Positions 18,983-29,526 of a stretch of DNA of 64,000 nt are shown piece by piece. Both the position numbers and the translations under genes were made by a program. The stretch lies in NCBI GenBank assembly GCA_016219925.1, contig JACRJU010000012.1, positions 6,723 to 70,722 on the forward strand, read 5' to 3'. The notes under the pieces are model-generated. The model saw only the letters and a program-made list of their open reading frames with translations, searched no databases and was not told where the DNA came from. Each line of letters starts with the position of its first letter. The stretch's first letter is position 1. The DNA comes from Candidatus Uhrbacteria bacterium. Lineage in GTDB: Bacteria > Patescibacteriota > Patescibacteriia > UBA9934 > GWF2-40-263.

Positions 18983-19972
18983 CTAGGAGAGTTTTACGCC
19001 GATCGCTTCGCGAACTTGTTGCATTTTTTTCTCGGCGATCGCTTGCGCCTTTTGCGCGCCGGCCTCCAGTATTTCGATCAGATTTTTGTGATCTTTCAAG
19101 GAATCGTGAATGCGTTGTTGGAGCGGTTGGAGAAATTGATTGATCTGTTCGATCAGGTCTTGCTTAAACTGCGCATAGCCTTTTCCTTCAAATGCCGCCT
19201 CGATTTGTGCCATGGTTTTCCCGCTGACGAGTTCGTAGATCGTCATCAGGTTTGACACCCCAAGCCGTCCCGGACGATTGACGATCGTGCCTTCGGCATC
19301 TGTCATAGCGGCTTTGATTTTTTTCTCGACTGTTTTTTCGTCATCCATGAGCGAGAGGAAATTTTTATCGCTTGCGGCAGACTTGGACATCTTGCTTGTT
19401 GGATCATCCAGGGCCATCACGCGCGCGCCTTCTTTTCGGATATGCGGTTTTGGAATCACAAACGTTTCTCCAAACCGGTTGTTGAATCGCTCGGCAATAT
19501 CGCGCGCCAGTTCGACGTGCTGTTTTTGATCTTCACCCACCGGCACGATGTTCGTGTCATACAGAAGAATGTCCGCAGCCATGAGCACGGGGTAATCGAA
19601 CAATCCAACCGTGACCGATTCTCCTTTGTTGCGGGTTTTATCTTTGAATTGCGTCATCCGTTCAAGTTCACCCATATGGGTGAGACAATTCAAAATCCAT
19701 GCAAGCTCGGTGTGCGCGCTCACGCGCGACTGTTGGAAGAGAAGCGTTTTGTTTGGATCGACTCCGGCGGCCAGATACGTTGCGGCGGCAAAGAGAATAT
19801 TTTGTCGGAGCTGTTTGGGATCCTGGGGCACGGTGATCGCGTGGTAATCAACAATAAACAAAAAATTGGTGTTGCCGTCATCTTGCAATTTCACAAAGGG
19901 TTCGATCGCTCCAAAGTAGTTGCCGATATGGAGCACGCCGGAGGGTTGCAGAGCGGTGAGGATGTTTGCCAT
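18983..19972 (-). CDS. trpS: Tryptophanyl-tRNA synthetase
   Basis: QPSGVLHIGNY, YPVLMAADIL, VPVGEDQKQH, KMSKS; start MANILT. Confidence 0.97.
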   Translation of the reverse strand: MANILTALQPSGVLHIGNYFGAIEPFVKLQDDGNTNFLFIVDYHAITVPQDPKQLRQNILFAAATYLAAGVDPNKTLLFQQSRVSAHTELAWILNCLTHMGELERMTQFKDKTRNKGESVTVGLFDYPVLMAADILLYDTNIVPVGEDQKQHVELARDIAERFNNRFGETFVIPKPHIRKEGARVMALDDPTSKMSKSAASDKNFLSLMDDEKTVEKKIKAAMTDAEGTIVNRPGRLGVSNLMTIYELVSGKTMAQIEAAFEGKGYAQFKQDLIEQINQFLQPLQQRIHDSLKDHKNLIEILEAGAQKAQAIAEKKMQQVREAIGVKLS

Positions 19973-20005
19973 ACGGGGGTATGGTAGCAAAGCACACGGG
20001 AAATG

Positions 20006-20039
20006 AAAAATCACCCTTCGACAAGCGTCGGGTGATTTT
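20006..20039 (-). terminator. Hairpin/terminator after rnj
   Basis: AAAATCACCC...GGGTGATTTT inverted repeat. Confidence 0.65.
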
Positions 20040-20060
20040 ATCGTTCGAATGGGGCGGCTG

Positions 20061-21848
20061 TTACACTTCAATAATCACGGGAAGAATCATGGGGCGTCGT
20101 TCGATTTTTTTAAACAGGAACGCGCCGATCTTGTCGCGAATTTGTTCGCGGGCGTATTTGGGGTCTGCTTCGGATTTGGGATCGTGATCTTCAAGCACTT
20201 TGCGCACCTCTTGGCGCGTCTGATCGATCAGTTCACGATGCTCTTTCATAAAGATGAAACCGCGGCTGATAATGTCGGGAACGCCGACCAGTTTGCCGGT
20301 TTTCTTTTCAATCTGAACAATGACAACGACCATGCCGTCCTCCGCGAGCACTTTGCGATCGCGCAGAACGACTTGGGAAACATCACCCACCCCGAGTCCA
20401 TCCACGAACACATACTCGGTCGGAACTTTTTCTTTAGTGAGAGCACCATTGTCTTTCCAAAACTCCATGATCTGTCCGTTATCCACGACGAATACCTGTT
20501 CCTCCTGCCATCCCATCGAATAGGCCACGTCTGCGTTTTCGCGCAAAAGAAAATGGTTGCCTTCGATCGGGACGTAGTATTTTGGTTTGAACAAAGCGAG
20601 CATCAACTTGATGTCTTCTTTTTTTCCATGGCCGCCAGCGTGCACATCCATCATCGTATAGTTGATGACCTTACAGCCTTTGCGGTAGAGCGTATCCATC
20701 AGGCGCTGGACCGACGATTCGTTGCCAGGAATGACGGACGAAGAAAAGATCACAGTGTCGGTTTTGCGCACGCGCACACTGCGGTGCTCGTTGTTAGCGA
20801 TGCGATTAAGCGCGGCTTGCTTTTCCCCTTGGGCGCCGGTGCAGATAAGCACGACTTTTTCGTCCGGGTATCCATCCATCTGTTCGGGCTTGATGAGTGT
20901 GGACTGGGAGCATTTGATAAAGCCGATCTCTTTGGCGATCTCGACGTTGGTTTTCATTGAGTAGCCGTCGATCGCGACTTTCTTGCCGAGTTTTTCGGAC
21001 GCCTCGATGATTTGTTTGACGCGAGAGAGCAGGGAAGCGAAAGTGCCGATGATCACACGCCCTTTTGCTTTTTCAATGATATATTCCAGCTCTTCACCGA
21101 TCACCTTTTCTGAAACTTGGTGGCCTTCGCGGTTGGCGTTTGTGGAATCGCCCATGAGGCACAGGACGCCTTTCTTGCCGATCTCGGCGATTTTTTGGAA
21201 GTCCGCGCGCTCTTCACCGGATGGATGAAAGTCAAACTTCCAGTCGCCAGTATGGCAAATGGTTCCCACCGGCGTTTCCACCACGATACCAACCGAATCG
21301 GGAATGTTGTGGTTGATGTGCACGAAAGAAACCGTGAAAGCGCCGAGTTTGAGAATGTCGTCTACCTTTGTGACTTTCACCTCGAGCTTGCGCGTGTGGA
21401 AATCCTCCTGGCGGCGTTTGATGATGGCCGCGGAGACCGGCAGAGCATAAATCGGCGGATTACCAATGAAAGGTACCGTGTGGGGAATCGCGCCGATGTG
21501 ATCGTAGTGGCCGTGGGTGATGATCACCCCGCGAATATCTTTTTCGCGACCTTTGAGATACGACATGTTCGGGATAATGTAATCCACGCCCGGCATGTCT
21601 TCTTCAGGGAACTGGAGCCCCATGTCTATGAGAATGATGTCGTTTTTGTACTCGAGCAGAGTACAGTTGCGGCCAACTTCCTCACATCCACCGAGAACGA
21701 TGATGCGAAGTTTGTCGCCGCTAGGGGCTTTGATGGTCTGGGTCTGCGCCAACGGTTTGGCGCGAAACACGCGACCCTTGAAACGGTTTCCGCCGCGTGA
21801 ATGACGCGCGGAGGAGTTCCGTCCCGTTGCGGGTTGTTTAGGGGACAT
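20061..21848 (-). CDS. rnj: Ribonuclease J
   Basis: LGGCEEVGRN, THGHYDHIGA, HTGDWKFD, CTGAQGE, SSVIPGNE, VHAGGH, RRPMILPVIIEV. Confidence 0.96.
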   Translation of the reverse strand: MSPKQPATGRNSSARHSRGGNRFKGRVFRAKPLAQTQTIKAPSGDKLRIIVLGGCEEVGRNCTLLEYKNDIILIDMGLQFPEEDMPGVDYIIPNMSYLKGREKDIRGVIITHGHYDHIGAIPHTVPFIGNPPIYALPVSAAIIKRRQEDFHTRKLEVKVTKVDDILKLGAFTVSFVHINHNIPDSVGIVVETPVGTICHTGDWKFDFHPSGEERADFQKIAEIGKKGVLCLMGDSTNANREGHQVSEKVIGEELEYIIEKAKGRVIIGTFASLLSRVKQIIEASEKLGKKVAIDGYSMKTNVEIAKEIGFIKCSQSTLIKPEQMDGYPDEKVVLICTGAQGEKQAALNRIANNEHRSVRVRKTDTVIFSSSVIPGNESSVQRLMDTLYRKGCKVINYTMMDVHAGGHGKKEDIKLMLALFKPKYYVPIEGNHFLLRENADVAYSMGWQEEQVFVVDNGQIMEFWKDNGALTKEKVPTEYVFVDGLGVGDVSQVVLRDRKVLAEDGMVVVIVQIEKKTGKLVGVPDIISRGFIFMKEHRELIDQTRQEVRKVLEDHDPKSEADPKYAREQIRDKIGAFLFKKIERRPMILPVIIEV

Positions 21849-22071
21849 AAAATAAAAAATGGTTATTAAATTAAGAGAACCGATGTTCAATTGTGAAAGA
21901 ACCTTCTCTCCTTATATTGATGGCGTGATCTTTTTGAGATGCGTGGGGCGCACACAGCCGGAAAAGATCGCGGGATTGTTCAGATCGATACCTGTCTTCG
22001 GGCCAACGGACTCGTCGCGCCGTTGTTCCCTCCGGCAGATGTCGATCTGATATTACTGTATGAAGAGAGAT

Positions 22072-22156
22072 TGGTGGGCGAGGAGGGACTCGAACCCTCA
22101 AGGATTACTCCATACGCTTCTGAGACGTACGCGTATACCAGTTCCGCCACTCGCCC
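22072..22156 (-). tRNA. tRNA-Leu (anticodon CAG), CCA encoded
   Basis: GGGCGAG...CTCGCCC-A-CCA; TACGT-CTCAGAA-GCGTA; long variable arm; GGTTCGAGTCC. Confidence 0.95.
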
Positions 22157-22166
22157 GCGGCTTCTG

Positions 22167-23939
22167 TTATTTCAAGGCTTTTTTTGTTTTGATGTACCAC
22201 TCGTTGACGCGAGCGAATCTATCGGAAGGAACGCGCAGAGAAGAGAGATTAATCTGATGGATTTTTTTTGATACCGCGTAACCATAACGGGATTGATACA
22301 AGAAGATCGCGGGAATGTCATCCGTGATTTTTTGCGCAAAGGTTTGATAGGCCTTGTTTCGCTCTTCGGTCGTTTTTGCCGCTCGGGCCATTTCCAAAAG
22401 TTTATCAACGTCCGGATTGGCGTAGTCGGTCACATTCAGTCCTGCCTGTTCCTTTGGAGCCGAATGCCAGAACGGATACGGATCAGGGTCTGTGTTGAAT
22501 TGGGCTGTTGTTAACAGCAGTTCGAAATTGCGCGGAGTCACGACGTCTTCAAGGAAGGTTTGTTGTGGGATACTGACGATTGTCATCTGTATTCCGACCG
22601 CTTCCAGTGCGGTTTTGATTTCTTGTGCGACGTTTTGCATTTCTGCAGAATCGCTCGTGGTGAGCGTGAGAGCGATTGGAGCGCTTTGTTCAGCGGGTTG
22701 TAGTCCCGTGGCGTCCTGTAGAAGTTGTTTCGCTTTTTCTGGATCAAATCCACGATCCGTTACGGAATTTTCAAACCCTGGGATACCACTTAGAAGCGGT
22801 CCAGAAAGCACAAGGCCATCTTCAGAAAGCGTTTCGTTGACGAGATGGGTTTTGTCGATTGCGTAAGCGATGGCTTCGCGCACCCCCTTTTTTTTGAGGG
22901 GTTCGCTTGTCTTTTGGTTAAAGGCCAAAAAGGTTTCACGCGATACGAGAGGCGAATATACCATGACGGCTCGATTTTGTCGAGTCTCTTGCCGGTTTTC
23001 AAACGGCACGTAAGAGACCCCCTCAACAAATTTTCCCATCAAGGCTTCCGTGGCCCCTTGGACGTCAGGATAAAATTTGAAAGTCAAACGATCGATGAAC
23101 GCGCGGGTTCCAACATGGTGGTCGAAGGCCTTAAGCGTATAAGAGCGGATTGCGCCTTTTTTGTCTTTCGCAAACGAATCGAACTGATAAAAGCCCGAAC
23201 CGATCGGTTGGAGATTGAGAGCGGCCAGTGCGGCATGTTGGGGGAGAATGTCGGCCCAAGCGCTTGAAGGCAGGATGCCGATCGTCAGTTGGTTCAGAAA
23301 TGAGGGATCAGGTTTTTCCAAGGTGAACGAAACCGTGTGATCATTTTCTTGTACAACTGAAACGGATTTGAAAATCGGAAGCAAAGGACTGCGATAAACG
23401 GGGTTTTGAATCGCATTGATGGTGAAGAGGACGTCGCGCGCCAAAACAGGATCGCCGTTATGGAATTTGGCATCTTCACGGAGAATAAAGGTGAAGGTGG
23501 TTCCCTCTGGATTTACGGTGAATGATTCCGCGAGGTCTGGGATGAGGCCTTGATCAGGATCCCATTTGAGCAGTCCGGAAAACATCAAGGTCACGAGATC
23601 ACGGTCCACGTCATTGATGGTTGGATAGATCGGGTTGATGAGTTGGGGTTCGCCGATCAAGGCTTCGGTGTATTCTCCGCCTCGAGCGGGGATTTCAATG
23701 CGATGAGCCAGAACAAACACGCCAATCAATGTTGCAAGAGAAGCGATCAAAAGGGCGCTTGCGGTTTTGAGGGTGAATTTTTCTGGTCGCGTGAGGATTC
23801 CTGGAAGTTGTTTCCACTGTTTGAAGCTCGGAAATCGGCGCGGCTTGGACACCGAAATGACCTGGCGCATCGTCAGGTCTTTTGTGGGGTTTGATGAAGC
23901 TATAAAACGACCGAAGATCTTTTTGAAAGAGTCAGACAC
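22167..23939 (-). CDS. Peptide ABC transporter substrate-binding protein (family 5, OppA-like), TM-anchored
   Basis: GGEYTEA, LIPDLAES, FHNGDPVLARDVLFT, PIGSG, VREAIAYAID, PDPYPFWHS. Confidence 0.88.
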   Translation of the reverse strand: MSDSFKKIFGRFIASSNPTKDLTMRQVISVSKPRRFPSFKQWKQLPGILTRPEKFTLKTASALLIASLATLIGVFVLAHRIEIPARGGEYTEALIGEPQLINPIYPTINDVDRDLVTLMFSGLLKWDPDQGLIPDLAESFTVNPEGTTFTFILREDAKFHNGDPVLARDVLFTINAIQNPVYRSPLLPIFKSVSVVQENDHTVSFTLEKPDPSFLNQLTIGILPSSAWADILPQHAALAALNLQPIGSGFYQFDSFAKDKKGAIRSYTLKAFDHHVGTRAFIDRLTFKFYPDVQGATEALMGKFVEGVSYVPFENRQETRQNRAVMVYSPLVSRETFLAFNQKTSEPLKKKGVREAIAYAIDKTHLVNETLSEDGLVLSGPLLSGIPGFENSVTDRGFDPEKAKQLLQDATGLQPAEQSAPIALTLTTSDSAEMQNVAQEIKTALEAVGIQMTIVSIPQQTFLEDVVTPRNFELLLTTAQFNTDPDPYPFWHSAPKEQAGLNVTDYANPDVDKLLEMARAAKTTEERNKAYQTFAQKITDDIPAIFLYQSRYGYAVSKKIHQINLSSLRVPSDRFARVNEWYIKTKKALK

Positions 23940-23942
23940 AGA

Positions 23943-24164
23943 TTACACAAGAACATTGGCCAAGGCCACGCCGAAAAAGAGTATCGTGATAATAATTGTC
24001 AATTGGAACAATTTTTTTTCTGCACCGCGCTTGGTGCGATAAACATTTCCCCCTCCTCCAAAAGCCGCACCGAGTCCCGTTCCGCGGGATTGCAACAGCA
24101 CGCCAGCGATCAGCAGGACCGCAAGAACAGTTTGGACGATATTAAGGATGTTTTGCAAGTTCAT
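23943..24164 (-). CDS. secG: Preprotein translocase subunit SecG
   Basis: VLLQSRGTGLGAAFGGG...TKRGAEKKL with two TM segments. Confidence 0.93.
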   Translation of the reverse strand: MNLQNILNIVQTVLAVLLIAGVLLQSRGTGLGAAFGGGGNVYRTKRGAEKKLFQLTIIITILFFGVALANVLV

Positions 24165-24186
24165 ACGTCTCATGGATAACGCACCG

Positions 24187-24215
24187 ATTCTAACAAACAA
24201 GACGTTTTCCGTCAA
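24187..24215 (-). promoter_or_regulatory. sigma70 promoter of secG
   Basis: TTGACG-17 nt-TAGAAT. Confidence 0.65.
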
Positions 24216-24337
24216 CGGGAAAGCTTGCGTTTCATGCCTTTTCCAGACATCCGCATTTTTGGACGCCCCTTCTTTTCTCGTCGTTTAATTCGTCGTTCTT
24301 CTTTATGTTCGGCGATTTCAATCTTCATATTTTTTTC

Positions 24338-24433
24338 TGTCATCCCGAGCGAAGCACTTGTCATCCTGAGCGAAGCGAAGGATCCCGTGCACCTTGGGAT
24401 CCTTCAGTCCATACAAACTCCTTCAGGATGACA
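24338..24433. repeat. REP-like palindromic element (TGTCATCC[C/T]GAGCGAAGC...GGATGACA)
   Basis: Partial copy at 24338-24355, then a full hairpin with TGTCATCCTGA/TCAGGATGACA ends and an inner GAAGGATCCC/GGGATCCTTC stem. Confidence 0.85.
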
Positions 24434-24483
24434 TAGAGAGAAACACACTAGAGGTTCGCTTTTTCCCATGATATACTTTTCTT

Positions 24484-25224
24484 ATGCCTTCGCCTATTGT
24501 TCCACTTTCTGATGCGCATCTCCACAAACAACGCAACTGGTTTGCGACGATCATCACGTTGGCTGTTATTCTTCTTCTTGGAGCTTTTGTCTGGCGAGTG
24601 CTAACGCTTGCTCAGCAAATCCGTTCCGGAGCTGTTGATCCTTCAACGTTTGATTTCAAGCAGTCTTTTACTTCAAGCTTGCGCCTTTCCGCGATCCCGC
24701 TGACGACGGGAAATGTGAACCTGGTTACAACAGACGATCCGTCTTTAGGCAGAGCAGATGCTCCGCTGACCGTTGTAGAGTTTGCCGATTTCGGCTGCCC
24801 GTTTTCCCGCGAGGCCGGTTTTACTCTGCGCGAACTCTCGCTTCGCTACCCGGAGAAGTTTCGGTATATCTATCGCGATTTTCCCATCGGCGAATTGCAC
24901 CCGATTGCGCAAAAAGCGGCAGAAGCGGCTGAGTGCGCTTCCGAACAAGGACGGTTCTGGGAATATCATGACAAACTGTTTCACAATCAATCAGATCTTT
25001 CTCAAGAGCGTCTGTATGAATTTGCGACAGAGTTGAATCTGAATACGCAGACGTTTCGGGAATGTTTAGATTCGGGACGCAAACGCGAGGAAGTTCTTCA
25101 GGATTATCAGGATGGGATAGACGCGGGGGTGCGCGGGACTCCGACGTTTTTCTTTAACGGGAAAAAAGTCGAAGGGGCTATCCCGAAAAAAACGTTTGAG
25201 GCATTGATTAACGCGGTGCCATAA
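24484..25224 (+). CDS. DsbA/BdbD-family thioredoxin-fold protein
   Basis: VEFADFGCPFS (CxxS), YRDFP, GVRGTPTFF; N-terminal TM. Confidence 0.88.
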   Translation: MPSPIVPLSDAHLHKQRNWFATIITLAVILLLGAFVWRVLTLAQQIRSGAVDPSTFDFKQSFTSSLRLSAIPLTTGNVNLVTTDDPSLGRADAPLTVVEFADFGCPFSREAGFTLRELSLRYPEKFRYIYRDFPIGELHPIAQKAAEAAECASEQGRFWEYHDKLFHNQSDLSQERLYEFATELNLNTQTFRECLDSGRKREEVLQDYQDGIDAGVRGTPTFFFNGKKVEGAIPKKTFEALINAVP

Positions 25225-25230
25225 GAGTCT

Positions 25231-26514
25231 ATGAATTTTTTCGTGCGTATCGGTGCGGTCGGAGTTTTGCTCAGTCTTTTTTTTGCTCCAAGAGTTTTGT
25301 TAGCTGCGGGCGCCGCGGACACCTGTGCGTGTTTTTGCGCGAATGAAAAGTTAGGAGCACAGAAATTGAAAGATGAGGCCGTGACACCAGATCAATGTGA
25401 GACCGGGTGTACAGAAACAGGAAGAAAGGTTGCTGTTTGCGCCAAGAAGCCAAAGAATTTTCCCGGAAATAATCCCCTGTGCTTTGATTCAGCAGCTTGC
25501 GGTAAACAGGAAGGAGTTTTAGATAAAACACAAGCTCCAGAGTGTCCAAACGGATGGTCTTATTGTTATCCGAACATTGAAAAGTCTGCTGCCAAACTGA
25601 ATATCCCTATTGCGGGTTTGGAAACGGTTGGGGATTTGGGAGTGTATGTGTCGGCCATTTACAAATGGATGGTTGGGATTTCGGGATTTTTAGCTATTAC
25701 CATGGTTATGATCGGCGGGATTCAGTATGTGCTTGCCTCGGGGAGTGAGAACGTCACCAAAGCAAAAGAGCGCATGCAGAATGGGGTGATTGGAATGGCG
25801 CTCCTTTTTGGTGTCGTTCTTATTTTACAGACCATTAACCCCCAGCTTCTTAAATTGGAGATCCCTCGACCTTCTTTGATTCGGCGAGTGGATTTTGTCA
25901 AAAATTCGTGTGAGAAATTGGCTGAGCAGGGATATACTCTTGAGCTCACGAAAGATGGAAAAAAGGAATGTGGAAATACTGCGGAAATCAAAAAAGGTCC
26001 AGGGGGGACAACTGTGGCTGAAGGGCTTACGTGTCAATATACCAAGTGTGAAAAAGGGGCCTGTATATCAACCAGCACTGATGGCGAAGGAGTTTGTGTT
26101 GATTGCCGAAATGTTTCAAAAAATAATCCGACAAGTCCTGGCATTCCGTCCAAATCGGTGTGTAAAGGAATGGAGATACAAAAAACCAATGCAAAAGGTG
26201 AACTGCTTTCCGCAAATTATTGTGAATTCCAACCCGGCGGTGTGCTCAATATATATAACCCCAAGCAGACGACAACCGCTGTGGCACTTTCTGCGGATTC
26301 ATGTTTCGAGACAGTGGTCGACTGTAGCACTATCAAGGAATGCGAAAATTACGATAATGCTCCGGTTTATTATTGGGATGGCGGTGTCCTTAAAAAACAG
26401 GATTTAGATAGCATTTTACCCATTACTTTTCAACAGATTTGTATTAATGATCCGTGTGAGGCTGGAAAAAAGGAAGGATCAAAATGCACGTGGTCGATAA
26501 CGGACTGTGATTAG
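25231..26514 (+). CDS. Cysteine-rich secreted protein with a central VirB2/TrbC-like CPR pilin hairpin
   Basis: Signal peptide; YVSAIYKWMVG...GGIQYVLASG...AKERMQNGVIG...ILQTINPQL core; Cys-rich flanks. Confidence 0.75.
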   Translation: MNFFVRIGAVGVLLSLFFAPRVLLAAGAADTCACFCANEKLGAQKLKDEAVTPDQCETGCTETGRKVAVCAKKPKNFPGNNPLCFDSAACGKQEGVLDKTQAPECPNGWSYCYPNIEKSAAKLNIPIAGLETVGDLGVYVSAIYKWMVGISGFLAITMVMIGGIQYVLASGSENVTKAKERMQNGVIGMALLFGVVLILQTINPQLLKLEIPRPSLIRRVDFVKNSCEKLAEQGYTLELTKDGKKECGNTAEIKKGPGGTTVAEGLTCQYTKCEKGACISTSTDGEGVCVDCRNVSKNNPTSPGIPSKSVCKGMEIQKTNAKGELLSANYCEFQPGGVLNIYNPKQTTTAVALSADSCFETVVDCSTIKECENYDNAPVYYWDGGVLKKQDLDSILPITFQQICINDPCEAGKKEGSKCTWSITDCD

Positions 26515-26523
26515 GATTTGTTA

Positions 26524-26552
26524 TTGACGCGTGTTTGTGTGCGTGATAGACT
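26524..26552 (+). promoter_or_regulatory. sigma70 promoter of uvrA
   Basis: TTGACG-17 nt-TAGACT. Confidence 0.6.
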
Positions 26553-26579
26553 GTGGGACGCTATTGGCTATCCCGCTTT

Positions 26580-29450
26580 ATGTCCGATGACATTTTGATT
26601 CGAGGAGCACGCGTTCACAATTTGAAAAATATTAACGTGAAGATTCCCAAGAACAAACTTGTCGTGGTGACAGGGTTGTCTGGCTCGGGAAAATCTTCTC
26701 TTGCCTTTGATACGATTTACGCGGAAGGGCAGAGGCGCTACATGGAATCGCTTTCCAGTTATGCGCGGCAATTTTTAGAACTGCAGGACAAACCGGACGT
26801 CGATGAAATCTTGGGGCTTTCTCCAACGATCGCGATCGATCAAAAATCGTCTTCGCACAATCCGCGCTCAACCGTCGGAACCGTGACGGAAATCTACGAC
26901 TTTTTACGCGTACTATTTGCGCGCGCCGGACGACCCCATTGTCCGAAATGCGCAAAACCCGTGAGCGAACAGACGCTTGATCAGATCGTTCTTCGCATCG
27001 AACAGACGCTCGGCCGTGAAACATTTTTGCTGTTTGCTCCGGTGGTGAAACAAGAAAAGGGTGAACACAAGCACGCTTTGCAAGCGGCTCTCAATTCCGG
27101 TTTTACACGCGTGCGTTTGGATGGACTGGTTATTGATACCGACGAGGCCATCCGGTTGCGGCGCGACAAAAAGAAAGAACACGACTTGGATGTGTTGATA
27201 TTTGCTTTTGGGCCGGACACGACTTATTCCAAAGACTCTATCACCCAGCAAGTCAAGAAAGCTCTTGATTATGGCAATGGATTTATCACTTTGGTCAACG
27301 ATAGCAATGGGGATGAGATCATCTTTTCTCAAAGTTTCATGTGCGCGGAATGCGGAATGAATCTTCCTAAACCCGAACCGCGTCTGTTTTCGTTCAACTC
27401 CCCTTATGGAGCATGCCAGGAATGCACAGGGCTTGGCGAAAAGCTTGTGCTTGAGCCGGATCTCGTCATTCCAAATCGTCGCCTGACTTTTGCAGAAGGC
27501 GCGGTGCGCCCGTGGACGCGTATTGCGGGCAACCAGACGAGTTATTTGCGTCTGCTTCAAATAGTCGGAAAGAAACATCGGATTCCGATGGACACTCCGA
27601 TCGAAAAAATTTCACAAGCGAAACTGGATATCGCTTTGTATGGCACCGGCGAAGAAGTATTTTTGTTTGATGGGCAAGAAGTTACTTATCCGGGAATTTT
27701 GAAACAGCTCGAGCAGAAATATCGTGAGACCGATTCGGAGTATGTCCGTAGCGAGCTTGAGGGCTACATGCGCCGGATGATTTGTCCGTCCTGTGAGGGG
27801 AAGCGTTTACAACCGTTTGTTTTGGCGGTAACGATTTCTGGAAAATCGATTGCGGATGTCGTGAATATGCCCGTTGAGGACGTTGGAGCGTTTTTTTCCT
27901 CCGTCATTGCGAGCGAGACCAAGCTAAAGACGAGTCGAGGAAAGCTTCAACAGACATTCACCAATGGGTTGACCGGTGATGAACGTCTGGTCGTTGAACG
28001 TGTTGCCAAAGAGGTTAATACGCGCATCGGTCAGCTCATTCAAGTTGGTCTTGGGTATCTCACCCTAGATCGCAGTGCCATGACCCTTTCCGGCGGTGAG
28101 TCCCAGCGCGTCCGTTTGGCCACACAACTGGGGACGCAGCTTTCCGGGGTCATCTACATTTTAGATGAACCATCCATTGGCCTTCATCCGCGCGATAATG
28201 ATCAGCTGATCGCGACCATTAAGCGCTTGCGCGACAACGGAAATTCGGTAATTGTCGTTGAACACGACGAGGCCATGATCCGTCAGGCGGATTATGTCTT
28301 TGACGTAGGACCGGGAGCGGGAGAGTATGGCGGAGAGATCGTTGCGGAAGGCACGGCGACTCAAATTCAAAAAAAGAAAGAGTCTCTTACCGGCCAATAT
28401 CTGTCCGGCAAGAAGTCGATTCCGCTTCCGAAAAAATACCGTAAAGGGAGTGGTAAAAAGATCACCATCTGTGGAGCCAAGGCTTTTAACTTGCAGAACA
28501 TCGACGTCGATATTCCGCTTGGCAAGCTGGTGTGCGTCACAGGCGTTTCTGGTTCGGGAAAATCCACATTGATTCTTGATATCTTGGGCAAGGCGCTCTC
28601 GCGTAAGTTTTATCGTTCAAAAGTTTATCCGGGCGAGCACAAAGCGATCAAAGGAATTGAACACATCGACAAAGTGGTTGCGGTTGATCAATCACCGATC
28701 GGGCGTACGCCGCGGTCCAATCCAGCGACGTATACGGGAGTGTTTACAGCAATCCGCGATGTGTATACCGCCGTGCCCGAAGCGAAACTGCGTAATTTTG
28801 ATGCGGGGAAATTTAGCTTCAATGTGAAGGGTGGAGGACGTTGCGAAGTGTGTTCGGGTGACGGCATGCGCCGCATTGAGATGCAATTCATGCCGGATGT
28901 GTATGTCGAGTGTTCTGAATGTCATGGTACGCGTTACAACCCCGAAGTGCTCGAGATTCACTATAAGCAAAAGCACATCGCGGATGTTCTCTCGATGACG
29001 GTTGAAGAAGCTCGGCGATTTTTTGCCGACCAGTCGGCTATTTTCGATAAGCTCGATATCTTGCATGAAGTTGGTTTGGGTTACATTAAACTAGGTCAAC
29101 CCGCGACAACGCTTTCGGGGGGAGAGGCTCAGCGCGTGAAGCTGGCAACCGAACTTTCACGCCGCGCCACGGGCCGCACTCTGTATATTTTGGACGAACC
29201 GACCACGGGGTTGCACTTTGAAGATATCAAACGCCTCTTGGGAGTTTTGCAAATGCTTGTTGATAAAGGCAATACGGTTGTGGTGATCGAGCACAATCTT
29301 GATGTCATCAAAACTTCGGATTGGGTGATTGATATGGGGCCTGATGGAGGCGTTAAAGGAGGGAAGATTGTTGCCGAAGGATCGCCCAAAGATATCGTGA
29401 AAATCAAAGATTCCGTAACGGGAAAATACCTGAAAGCCGTGCTGAAATAA
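26580..29450 (+). CDS. uvrA: Excinuclease ABC subunit A
   Basis: [32 protein letters not shown], two LSGGE signatures, zinc-finger Cys pairs. Confidence 0.98.
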   Translation: MSDDILIRGARVHNLKNINVKIPKNKLVVVTGLSGSGKSSLAFDTIYAEGQRRYMESLSSYARQFLELQDKPDVDEILGLSPTIAIDQKSSSHNPRSTVGTVTEIYDFLRVLFARAGRPHCPKCAKPVSEQTLDQIVLRIEQTLGRETFLLFAPVVKQEKGEHKHALQAALNSGFTRVRLDGLVIDTDEAIRLRRDKKKEHDLDVLIFAFGPDTTYSKDSITQQVKKALDYGNGFITLVNDSNGDEIIFSQSFMCAECGMNLPKPEPRLFSFNSPYGACQECTGLGEKLVLEPDLVIPNRRLTFAEGAVRPWTRIAGNQTSYLRLLQIVGKKHRIPMDTPIEKISQAKLDIALYGTGEEVFLFDGQEVTYPGILKQLEQKYRETDSEYVRSELEGYMRRMICPSCEGKRLQPFVLAVTISGKSIADVVNMPVEDVGAFFSSVIASETKLKTSRGKLQQTFTNGLTGDERLVVERVAKEVNTRIGQLIQVGLGYLTLDRSAMTLSGGESQRVRLATQLGTQLSGVIYILDEPSIGLHPRDNDQLIATIKRLRDNGNSVIVVEHDEAMIRQADYVFDVGPGAGEYGGEIVAEGTATQIQKKKESLTGQYLSGKKSIPLPKKYRKGSGKKITICGAKAFNLQNIDVDIPLGKLVCVTGVSGSGKSTLILDILGKALSRKFYRSKVYPGEHKAIKGIEHIDKVVAVDQSPIGRTPRSNPATYTGVFTAIRDVYTAVPEAKLRNFDAGKFSFNVKGGGRCEVCSGDGMRRIEMQFMPDVYVECSECHGTRYNPEVLEIHYKQKHIADVLSMTVEEARRFFADQSAIFDKLDILHEVGLGYIKLGQPATTLSGGEAQRVKLATELSRRATGRTLYILDEPTTGLHFEDIKRLLGVLQMLVDKGNTVVVIEHNLDVIKTSDWVIDMGPDGGVKGGKIVAEGSPKDIVKIKDSVTGKYLKAVLK

Positions 29451-29459
29451 CCCTAGCTG

Positions 29460-29488
29460 TTGACAAAAGGCCATTTTTTTGGTATATT
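29460..29488 (+). promoter_or_regulatory. sigma70 promoter
   Basis: TTGACA-17 nt-TATATT with extended -10 TG. Confidence 0.65.
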
Positions 29489-29526
29489 TTGGCGTTCAAA
29501 ATTAAGCCGACTTTTCTCCCTTATTT

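Noticed and set aside
14361-18986. Long plus-strand ORFs (366, 332, 259, 309 aa) opposite deoB/ALDH/deoC
   Set aside because: Antisense shadows expected from GC-rich codon bias; no recognisable motifs.
20049-21800. Plus-strand 303-aa and 227-aa ORFs
   Set aside because: Antisense to rnj; no independent coding signal.
24338-24433. Possible mini-CRISPR from repeated TGTCATCC units (also 37954-38025)
   Set aside because: Only two partial copies per site, irregular spacing, no cas genes; fits REP-like palindromes.
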